From positions 28,644,001 through 28,708,000 of the forward strand of contig OX597816.1 in NCBI GenBank assembly GCA_951406725.2: a stretch of DNA of 64,000 nucleotides. Reading direction: 5' to 3'. The translations under genes were made by a program, and so were the position numbers. The stretch's first letter is position 1. The number at the start of each line of letters is the position of its first letter. The DNA is from Octopus vulgaris. Its lineage: Eukaryota. This document shows positions 52,426 to 64,000 of the stretch, piece after piece. Under the pieces are notes generated by a model. The model had not been told where the DNA came from, did no database searches, and saw only the letters and a program-made list of their open reading frames with translations.

Positions 52426-54165
52426 TATATATATATGTGTGTGTGTGTGTGCGTGCGTGTGTTTATGTGTGTGCATGTGTGTGTTAGTGTGTGCGCGTGT
52501 GTGCGTGTGTGTGTGTGTATGTATGTCTACTCCCAGAAAAGTGATAGATACAGATGGGGAGAAATTGAGGGAGGGTGAGAATGAGAGATATAAAATAATA
52601 TACGTAATATAGAATAAAAGTCATTCACTTTATATATTATTTACTGTACATAGCAATTTATAAAATACCCCGGGTTAAATGCCTACCATTTCCAATTCTT
52701 AAGTGAATTACGTTGACGCAAGCCAACCACAAAAATAAATTACCTCTTCGTCCAACACATTGATTATGCTTTCGGCAGTACTAACCGAAATGAACAGAAT
52801 GAACGTGGGTGTCTTTTTGTGTGTTGAGAATTCTGAACTCGGGAAGGCATTAGATTTAAGTCACTTGTAAAAACTACATGTCAACGATGGCTGTTGTAAT
52901 GTCGAAAGTTCAATGAATGGTTGAATTATGTTTGTAACAAGATCAAAGAGATTTCTCATGTATTTAGTAATATAATGGCGAAAATAGATACTGCGTATGG
53001 GCAAAAATTAGATAGCATCAGAAAACTATGACTATAGAGAGAAATTTGCAGCTAGAAGCCATCGTTATCAATTCTATAAAAAAATGATTACTTTGATGTG
53101 AAACCTAACACGTCAAGTGCATTTGCACATTAAATACCAATCTATATAGTGTTGATTGGTCTCTGTTAGTTCAAAGTATACCGACATTCACACACAGACA
53201 TTCACTCTTCTTGGTTCTACTTCGTTGCCGACGATGACCGTCTTGATGCTACTATAGCTGACTGAATGACATATTTTGCGTTCAAACCGATTCATCTGTA
53301 AATGTTCTTTCACACGCGTGGTACACTTGGATATGGTTACTGTCGTGTTTGGTTAAGGAATAATTTTGTTCTGTTTGTTCCTTGTAGTTGATAGGCTTGT
53401 ATGATTTTGTAAATTTAACTGTGAGGCATAGCCATCCAATGATATCTTTTTCCCCCATTTCTTCTGATTTGGTCTTGTAATCGTGAACCGTTATGGCATG
53501 TGACTGCACTAATCTTTGTATTTCATTATTCCTCTCACAGATTTCAAGGTTTTGTTTCCAACACAGAATAATAGACACCGTTAGAATGTAAGACTTCAGT
53601 AATCCGTACAGTGTTCCATCAATGTTCGACATGGTTGACTATAATACCTTCAATAATAGTGATCTGCATTATTCATCACCCTTCTTTGCCCCTCCTTACT
53701 GTTTATCATAACCTTTTTGGGAGAAAATCCCTGGTTGACTTTTGCATCTCCAATAAAGAACTTATATTTCACAGCAATATCTGCAAACAAGCATCAACAT
53801 AGATTTATGTAATATCAATTTTATGCGGACAGAACGCTTAATATCAACTTGTACGAGTTGGATTTGTAGAGCCAGTTTACTCTTCAATTCTTTGTCGAAC
53901 AGCTGTTTGAAAAACAGTTCCCTTCGCTTGTAACAATCAATGCACTTGTTGGCCAAAAGCTATATCTAATTATACTTCTGATAAATTAATTCGAAATTAC
54001 ACGTAGATTGTTCTCCCATGGGTGTAATTCACGTGTTGTTGCTCGTTCGGTTTTTAGTTGTAAGTTTCCTGTTTGAATAAGGTCACATTTTTTACGCATT
54101 AGCTTATCCTCAGTGGTCACAATCTAGTCAGTTACTCCAAACTAGGTACGGTTTTCGCATACATA

Positions 54166-54251
<86 letters not shown>

Positions 54252-54255
<4 letters not shown>

Positions 54256-54574
54256 GAAATATTAAAATTACTAAGTCTCTCTAAAAGAGATTACGGCAGC
54301 GTTACTGGAAATTAATTGTTATCGCCATATTAATATGGCAGTCTTATAGATATAAGACTAAAAGCTGTCGCTGATTATCTCCATGAGGCCATCGCCTTAA
54401 GATAGCTATTTGACACACAAACTGTGTCCATTATAACCTTCGAACAGTGGCGACACCTGCTGGGTCGACTACGCTACATTGACAAAGGGCAAATAACCTG
54501 AAACGCGTCTGTAGCTCTCTGACTGGCAGTGTGAAGCGGCTGACCTCCCTTGTTCGAAGGTTATAATGGACACA
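54252..54574 (+). mobile_element. TA-flanked non-coding PLE-type element with HHR and terminal 24-bp inverted segment
   Basis: Contains the HHR at 54473-54515; tgtgtccattataaccttcgaaca (54423-54446) is perfectly inverted at 54551-54574. Confidence 0.7.
54473..54515 (+). ncRNA. Minimal type I hammerhead ribozyme with U3/A8 variant core
   Basis: GCUACA UUGACAA AGG gcaaauaa CCU GAAAC GC GUC UGUAGC: perfect 6-bp helix I, palindromic ACGCGU helix III, GUC site. Confidence 0.72.
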
Positions 54575-55172
54575 TATATATATACGCCCATAAACACTTG
54601 TAGAGCAACACTGTTAGTTACATACATAATGATAGTCACTGTTCAGTCTTTTGAAGATAATGGTAAGCTGGAAGGTACAAAATAAATTTCGTTTTGCCGA
54701 CCATATTGAATTAATAGTAGATGAAGTGGATGTCTAACAACAGATATTGACACAAAAGAAAAGAAATGTATGGAAACTATGTTATATAGTAAAAGCTGAG
54801 GAAAATAGTTCAGCGAATAGAATATCATTGAAAACCTTATACAAGTTAATGTATTAAATTTAAAAACTTTCAAAAGAACAATAATAACAGATTCAGGATC
54901 AAAGAAATAATATGATTCTTAATTCCTAGCTGTTACAGCGGATTTAACAAAATTGGACTCAATATAGAAAAATAAAAAAATTCGTTATTTCATAACAATA
55001 GTCTTTTCAGCTGCTCAACGAGATTGAGAATAATGGCTATTACGTAAATGCAAGCAAAATGTAATAATAAAACTTATAAAAGGATGTTTTTGCATTCAAC
55101 ACTGGGAGGAAAAAATCATTCGGAATACAGTGAACCTCGAAATTCAAGTGCTGAAATACGGTCAAATGTGTG

Positions 55173-55229
<57 letters not shown>

Positions 55230-56626
55230 CTGTGTGTGTGTGTGTGTGTGTGTGTGTGAGTGTGCGTGTATGTGATTGATTTGTTCTTTTTTATATGTAT
55301 GGATGTTGAAGTCATTAGTCATTGCTTGGAGAGATCAGAGGGAAGACTGCGTTGCAGTTCGTGTTCTATGTAACCACCAGTATATTTCTTACTACAATAT
55401 TGGCAACGAAAGAATTATATAGGATTGAAATATTCTGGGGATATAAGAAAGTATTTAGTCTTGTGATTGTGTGTACTACATTAAAGATAACAGTGTGGGA
55501 AATACGAACAACTTCAGAAGAGATGGCACACAAATTGCTACATCAGAGAACTTGAAAAAAGGAGAGAATTTCCTGAAACGTAGTGTTTGTAAATGACTAA
55601 TTTATAAAGACCATTGGTATTAGAGTTGATGACCATTCAAATAGATGATTTGCTTTTAGACCTTTGGGGAAATGTTTGCATACGTAGAAAAACTGCACGT
55701 GTAGGGCATTTTATTATACTTCAAACGTGAATTTTGTTAACAATGGCAATTTGATGAGAAATTAAATTATAGCGTGATCCTGGAATTTAAATAAATTAAC
55801 TCGAAAAGAAGTTTAGTAATAATTGTTTGGTGTAAGAAACTATGGTGTTTGCAACCTATAAACAACATGTGAAATATACGCTTATGCTTTTTAGGTACGT
55901 TGCTAGTATTCGCCTGTTTTCTTGACGTAGAGAATGTTTGTGAAGAATTAGTGATAAATTCAGTCACATGCAACCATTGGAAAACGGTTAAGAAATATTT
56001 AGGTGATATATGTAAATGTACACTGTGCGAAGATAGCCTTCTTTCAGACTATGTTTGTAGAATAATGCTTCTATTATTCAGTTTCTATAGTTGGCTAATA
56101 ATTTATTTTGCTATAAATTTAAAACCCGTTTACAATTAATGTTGTTTGCAAACCCATAAGATATTTCATAATCATATTTTACATTACAATGGCAATAAAT
56201 TATTACTTTCTCTCTGTGAATGTGTTTATAATACCATGTGCACCATTGCTCGGATAAATATATGTGAAAGCGACAAATTTAATTTATGATAGCAATTAGG
56301 AGGGGTTAAGCCGTGTCTGTCGAAATCTATAACATTATTTCAGGTATAATTTTAATTCATCCAGTTGAATCGCTCTCATTTCTCTCTCCCTCTCTCTCTC
56401 TCGCCTGCATACACATGTGCTTTCGTGTGTAACTGGACGAAACTTAAGTGAGGACGCTATCATTAGGTTTTAATAAAAGTGGTTATATTAGTTTTAAATA
56501 GCTAATACTTTTCTTAGTAGATTAACATGTTATTTTCAATGGGTTGGAGGAAACAAAACCCATAAAAGTAATATGAAAGGTAATCGTAAAGAAAAGAGGA
56601 GATAAATCCAGATATTAACTGAATAA

Positions 56627-57600
<974 letters not shown>

Positions 57601-57603
57601 CAT

Positions 57604-57793
57604 TACTGGAAAATACGAAAACTAAAAGAAGCGTGTAGATATGAGTAGCATATGTGAACCGGTATTAAGGGAGGATAGAAAAATATTAGATTTATAAGCC
57701 CCAAAATTCACTTCATAATTGCCCTCGACGTAGTGGTTAAGAGCGCGGGCTACTAACCCCGAGATTCCGAGTTCGATTCCAGGCAGTGACCTG
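57604..57793 (+). mobile_element. PLE GIY-YIG end plus tRNA-like Pol III head (right arm)
   Basis: actggaaaatacgaaaactaaaagaagc matches 23498 onward; 57721-57793 has TAGTGGTTAA, a GGG-CTACTAA-CCC arm and a GAGTTCGATTCC B box; the rest of the element resumes at about 58922-58990. Confidence 0.8.
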
Positions 57794-57826
57794 ATAATGA
57801 TAATAATAATAATAATAATGATAATA

Positions 57827-57899
<73 letters not shown>

Positions 57900-58455
57900 A
57901 TGCCCTGATGCAGTACCAGGCAGTGGCTCTCATGGCTTCTGATCTTAACTGATTGGAAGTGTTATCATGTACATTGTTTTGTCTTGGTATAAAAGATGGG
58001 CTACAGCAAATATTCTGCTCAATACCACAGATTTGCTTGTCAGTTGTTTGACCTTAACCAGTTGAGCATGTCCCTCAGTGGCTGACGATATGTGCATCTC
58101 TGATCACGAGCAGAAGTAGTGGGGGAGCATCATAGCCATGTGTTGAGAGGGATTCTTTGGGGTTTGAATAATTCACCTCTGGAAACATGGGTGGTTCTTT
58201 CAACATCCTTAAACAACCCTTATTCAGGGACCTTTTGAGCGGGATGGGCTACTCAACCTGAAAAAAATTCTAACTGGGCCCCACCTGCAAGGTCATGTGC
58301 TGTTTATCTTGATATGAGATCACCATGTCGCGCACATATTGTTGTGATGCATGTGCCTGGTGTACCTTTATCAGACGGGTAGTCATGATGGTTATATTGG
58401 GCTTCGTATATCTTACCCCAGTGTCACTTTGATGGCATGCACTGCTCTCTCACTC
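57900..58455 (+). mobile_element. About 556-bp non-coding retroposon inserted into (AAT)n, possibly R4/Dong-related
   Basis: AAT on both sides, ends ctctctcactc(AAT)n; further pieces at 24585, about 24745 and 57058. Confidence 0.75.
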
Positions 58456-58512
<57 letters not shown>

Positions 58513-58527
58513 CATAATAATAATAAT

Positions 58528-58867
58528 GTGAAGGCGCATGGCTCAGTGGTTAGAGCGTCGAGCTTACGATTGTGAGGTTGTAAGCTCGAATCCCGGACCG
58601 GGCTGCGTGGTGTGTTCTTTAGCAAGACACTTTATTTCACGTTGCTCCAGTTCACTCAGCTGTAGAAATGAGTTGCGACGTCACAGGTGCCGAGCTGTAT
58701 CGGTCCATTTGCCTTTCCCTTGGATAACACTGGTGACGTGGAGAGGGGAGGCCAGTATGCATGGGCGACTGCTGGTCTTCCATAAACAACCTTGCCCGGA
58801 CTTGTACCTGGGAGGGTAACTTTCTAGGTGCAATCCCATGGTCTGTGTCGTGACCGAAGGGGGTATC
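58528..58867 (+). mobile_element. tRNA-derived SINE, family C, full length
   Basis: A box TGGCTCAGTGG, B box GCTCGAATCC, inserted in an AAT tract. Confidence 0.9.
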
Positions 58868-58919
<52 letters not shown>

Positions 58920-59669
58920 GTAACATCGAAAAATACATTAGGAATCGGAACCTAAGACACCTGATGTACATAATGTAAATAATATTAACAGAATAAATTT
59001 ACATTCTTTGGAGATGTTTACTAATAGATTATTAGATTTTCCCTGTAAACTGTTAAAAATGACAAATAACTTTGGGTATGCATTACCACACTGCATGAAC
59101 TGATGAGAGGATTTAACGAATGACTCATCTAAACGATCACCTGAGGGGGTGCATTTTACACCTGGGATGTATGATGATGATTACACAGCAACTCACCAAA
59201 GCTTAGTAAATGTAAATTTAGGCTGAAACAATTGAAGTGGTTTTCAATGATGCCGTTCATCCCATTTTCTCTCTTTCTACCGATCTGTTTACTTGCGTAC
59301 CTATCTATCCACATGTGTGTGTGCGCGCGTATGTACAATTTTTTATTTGTTTCGCCCGTGTGGATTTCACAGGAGGACATTAGACATATGGACGCGCACA
59401 TATCTAAATATACGTACTCCAATTTGTTTGGGGCCAAGAGTATTCTCCTTCATACTCAATATTCATTCTGGTATGATTAAATACTGAAAATAATTTAGAC
59501 ATCGACAAATATGTCTATTAGAAATGTGGTTGAAACTTGTAAGCTTACTTTTCAAGTTGAAACTTTTTAGTCGGAAGCTCCCAGATACAGCCTGTCGATT
59601 TAACAATATTATGCATTCTCCCCTTAGTGTTCTGTATTTTATACTTCAAGTAAATGTAAATGTATTCAG

Positions 59670-59714
<45 letters not shown>

Positions 59715-59786
59715 AACATCTATATGCTTGTACGTTGACGTTTATCTCCTGAATATTCTTAGTCTTTTTGTATCTATACATAACCC

Positions 59787-59825
<39 letters not shown>

Positions 59826-61753
59826 ATCCATTTTATTTGCATAATGTTATTTAATGGCAAAATTAGTCACCCATTTATACTAGTCACACAAGTGCTTACT
59901 TCCTTTCTAATTTGAAGATGAACAGTAAATCTAAAAAAATTGATGTTTCTCACGGCCACCAAGCAAACTCATCATACTAATAATCACTAAAGTTTTAAAC
60001 GGGTGATCTTTAGAGTTATGTACGTATATATCTGGTGGACAAATTTCGATGATGACAGGTGTTCATTCTTGGTGGTTTAATAAGGAAATGAATGAAATTA
60101 TTTCAACAAAAATAATCGAAGAGAAGTTAGAAACTAATTTAATGCTTATTGGAATCCATGACTGTTTTGTATATTTTGTCATGTGATTTTTAAAACAAAT
60201 TTATTCATTTCATTCGAAGCATGAGATCAATTATTAATCTGGTGCTTTCACTCAATCACTTTTGCACATTGGCCTCAAACAATCAATACAAATATGAATT
60301 TCTACAGCAGTATATTTTCGGTACCGGACTTGCTTCAATATAATTTTCAGTATTTTGGGGACAAAACTTATGCTGCCAAATATTTATGTCTGATATCTGT
60401 ATGGATATCAGCAAAGTAAAAGGGAATTGAATCAGTGAGAGAAAGAGATTTTGACAATCCCTCAGTGTCAATTTTGATAAGATTATCATTTTTCCCGAAG
60501 AGTAGTATATATTCTTAACTTAGACTGGTGAAAACGAAAGGAGTGTAACACAGTATTACATATACTAAAACTTAAATATACCCATTCCATCAACAACGGC
60601 ATCATGAAAAGCAAATTAGAACTTGGAAGAGTACACACCTAGACCAGAACTCATAGGTAAATTAATACTGCAAAGAATTTTTAAGTGTTACACTTTCGTT
60701 CCTGTAATACGCAGAATATTAAAATCATTAATGTCTATAGCGAAGTGAATTATGTTACAAAGGTGAAAGATGAGCAAAATGATAATTATGTGAAAATGCA
60801 ATCACGCTGACTGGTCATATGACAAGCCACAATAGATATAATAAATTATATGCTGACTTCTCTTGTCTTTTGCATCGATTTAATCTATTTCGTGGGCTCT
60901 ACAATCCCATGACATGGTGAAAAACAAAACAAAATGACACAAAGAATGAAGTGGACAGCTGAAGGAGAATAATGATAAAAACTTTGAAGACAGAATTGAT
61001 TAAATCCGTTGTCATGTTTCCTTCACCGTTCTTTGATTAAAAAATTTGATGAGATTTCTCAAAATACATTAAGCGGTTGGCTTGTAAGAATAATCTGTGA
61101 TCCTGAACACAGCAGCCTACCTCCAGACGATAAATGAGGCTGCAGAAGTTGAAAATAGGGCCTTTATGTACGTTACAATGAATGTATAAGATGATATTTA
61201 TTTAGCAGTGTGAAATTTGAAATTAAAAACAAAAATCTAAGATGAAGTTAAACACAAGAATCTAAGATGACTTGCATTTGAAAGATAATAAATCTGAGTG
61301 TTATTCTACCATGTAAAACTTTATTGATATTGTAACAGTAATAAAGATGAAAATTGACACATATCTCTCTCTCTCCCTCCCTCTCTCTCTCCCTCTCTCT
61401 CTATCTATCTATCTAAAACAAAACAGGAAAGTGAAAATATTTTGGTATTATTTATCCTCCATTACATGTTAAATTTGTTAATAGGATTTCTAAAATTTTA
61501 CAGAGAAAAAAGTTTAATACTACAGTTAGACACTTTTATTTGAAGAATATCTAACATGACCGTCTAACATCAAACGTTTTGTAATTCCTATTAGCAAACG
61601 AAACGTCTGTAATGGAGAATAAATAATACCAAAAAAAGTTCCACTTTTTGTTATATTTCCACAATTTTCAATATTAATAGTAAGCGTAACGAGATACTAG
61701 ATTCTAATAATGGAAGAAGCAGATGTACTTCAAGAGGAAACATGGGATTATTC

Positions 61754-61987
61754 TACCTACCTACCTACCTGCCTACCTACCAAATTACCTACCTACCTAC
61801 ATGCCTGCCTACCTACCTACCTGCCTGCCTACCTACCTACTTACCAAGCTAACAACCTACCTACCTGCCTGCTTACCTACCTACCTACCTACCTACCTAC
61901 CTACCTACCTACCTACCTACCTACCTACCTACCTATCTGCCTGCCTACCTACCAACCTAACTACCTATCTACCTAACTACCTACCTA
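61754..61987. repeat. (CCTA)n/(CCTG) tetranucleotide microsatellite
   Basis: Direct reading; source of the LPTY-repeat ORFs. Confidence 0.95.
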
Positions 61988-62259
61988 TATATGTGTATGT
62001 GTTTATGTGTGTGAATATATATATATATATATATATATTATATAATTAGGGCTTAGTAAAATAAATTACTTTGCCACATACTGAACTTTCGATCAACTTT
62101 TGATATATATATATCTTACCTCCTGCTGCTTCAGTTGCTAAAATATCTAAAATTGTCATAGTGTTGTAGATTGGTTTTGCTATGGAATGGTGAAGCAATT
62201 TTTCATTTTCTGAAAAAGCAACGTTTTGACTTACGACACTTTCACATGCATATGCATAC

Positions 62260-62550
62260 TTACTTATACACACGCATGCGCACTTTCGTTTTGGGATCAC
62301 CACTACTTTATTATCTTCCCTTCCTGCTAGCTCTCCTGTGTAACCCCTATTGTCCGGCATTCGCCATGATAGATCGCTAGCCACTACACATCCTTTAAAT
62401 TCTCTCCTTTTTCTTTCTTTGTTACTTCCTGTGGAAGAGCGTATGCTCGAAATATTAAAGACTTTTTCACTTCCCGAGCGTTAAACTAAAACATCTGTTT
62501 GTTGTCTACACCACCTGTCTTCGTCTTTTGTTTTTTATGAATTCTCCCTA
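62260..62550 (+). mobile_element. Non-autonomous PLE-type element with HHR-like motif (CUGUGGA core)
   Basis: cuuc CUGUGGA(62429-62435) a GAGC guau GCUC GAAA U AUU aaag; 3' end ctccctatata runs into TA repeats. Confidence 0.7.
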
Positions 62551-62561
62551 TATACATATAC

Positions 62562-62621
<60 letters not shown>

Positions 62622-62785
62622 ACGTTCTGAGTTCAAATTCCGCCGAGGTCGACTTTGCCTTTCATCCTTTCGGGGTCGCTTAAATAAGTACCAGTTACGC
62701 ACTGGGGTCGATATAATCGACTTAATCCGCTTATCTGTCCTTGTTTGTCCTCTCTGTGTTTAGCCCCTTGTGGGTAGTAAAGAAA
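62622..62785 (+). mobile_element. tRNA-derived SINE, family A, 5'-truncated
   Basis: acgttctgagttcaaattccgccgaggtcgactttgcc...gtgggtagtaaagaaat. Confidence 0.88.
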
Positions 62786-63182
62786 TATATATATATATGT
62801 ATGTATATATATGTGTGTGTATGTGTGTGTGTGTGAGTGAGTGTGTGTGTGCTTGTAAATATAATATGTGACAATTATTCGGATGTCGGGGCGGAAACCC
62901 ACGCCGCCATCTTTTCAGTTATCCAGCCATCGAAAAAACGCTATGAAAATGACCGTTAAACAAAGTGAAATTACTGTGTGACTGACCATTATTAAAACAA
63001 AAGAGCTATTAGAATGACCGCTAAGTGATAGGTGGGAGTAAAGGTAAGGGAGAAAAAATGTTCATAGTATTCGCGTAAGCGCGCATGTCCATACCTACAC
63101 ATGCACACCCGCACACACACGTACACGCGCCTATAAGTATACACGCATCCCCTCACTTGAAACCCACACATACTCACCCACT

Positions 63183-63232
<50 letters not shown>

Positions 63233-63259
63233 TTATATGTTGTATGTCTGTGCTTGTGC

Positions 63260-63297
<38 letters not shown>

Positions 63298-63850
63298 CAC
63301 AGACATATAATATATAACTGTCTAGTCACTACTAGCTATAATAAATGAGTGTGAACACTCTATTATCACTCTATTAAAGTTAAATATCTAATTAGATGAT
63401 AAACAAGCTTTGAGATATGTCCATCGCACAGAAATATAATGCATTGATCTAGGCATATTTCCAACGGTTGAAAGTGTTGTTCTCTTGATCAAAATCTATT
63501 ATTTAAAAAGAGATCTATAAAGCATAACTGTATGAAAGCGAGAAATCCTATTAAGTTAACAGATAATTGATACGTAGTAGTAAATAAACACATCATCTAA
63601 GCATCATATGTAAATGTGTTGGTTTTATGTAGTACTATAGATATATTTCTATGCCAACATATTTTGGCAAGCTCTTACTTTCCGATATTGGTGTATCTGG
63701 TAACGTCACCCTCTCAGTAACGCTTTGGACGTCATGATTAACTCAAATGTTGGTTTTCTAATTTTGTTTCTTGCATGCATTTGTGCTCATCTAAAACGTC
63801 TTGGAGAATATCATTGGACAGGATTCTTTCTATTTCACACATTATGAATA

Positions 63851-63899
<49 letters not shown>

Positions 63900-63901
<2 letters not shown>

Positions 63902-64000
63902 TCTTTTACTCTTTTACTTGTTTCAGTCATTTGACAGCAGCCATGCTGGAGCACCGCCTTTAATCGAGCAACTCGACCCCGGGACTTATTATTTGTAAGC
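63900..64000 (-). mobile_element. tRNA-derived SINE, family B, 3' end cut by the window edge
   Basis: actcttttactcttttacttgtttcagtcatttgac...atgctggagcaccgcc matches 25928 onward. Confidence 0.9.

Noticed and set aside
57721-57793. True tRNA gene (also heads near 36316, 58530 and 28875)
   Set aside because: Acceptor and D arms do not close properly, and each continues into a repeat body.
59095-59145. CTGATGA motif
   Set aside because: No GAAA or matching helices downstream.
62885-62915. GGGGCGGAA and CGCCATCTT (GC-box/ETS/YY1-like) cluster as a promoter
   Set aside because: Short motifs with no adjacent exon or CpG island; such motifs are common inside transposons.

Overview
AT-rich eukaryotic DNA packed with microsatellites and transposon debris, intronic or intergenic. 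The SINE families and repeat make-up look like an Octopus (cephalopod) genome; this is inferred from memory, not from a search. I found no confidently identifiable host protein-coding gene, and almost every ORF in the track is a microsatellite or TE artefact. Recognisable parts: a full-length but decayed hAT/Charlie (GTF2IRD2-like) transposon with TIRs and an 8-bp TSD; Penelope-like element (PLE) RT and GIY-YIG fragments; R4/Dong, RTE and CR1-type LINE fragments; a non-autonomous Helitron; two Merlin-like MITEs; and many tRNA-derived SINEs. The standout is a set of type I hammerhead ribozyme (HHR) motifs in non-coding elements inserted into (TA)n/(AAT)n. (1) A very young 534-bp tandem array (3.3 copies plus one inverted copy, 32195-34521) carries a complete HHR in each full unit and looks like a retrozyme or circular-RNA-derived insertion; its inversion point lies 6 nt from the ribozyme cleavage site. 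(2) A dispersed family has the HHR core CUGUNGA (A6U) in 4 copies. (3) One HHR has the compensatory U3-A8 core. (4) A PLE 3' region joins a tRNA-like Pol III head, an (AAT)n spacer and a minimal HHR. All structures were paired by eye, and none is shown to be active.
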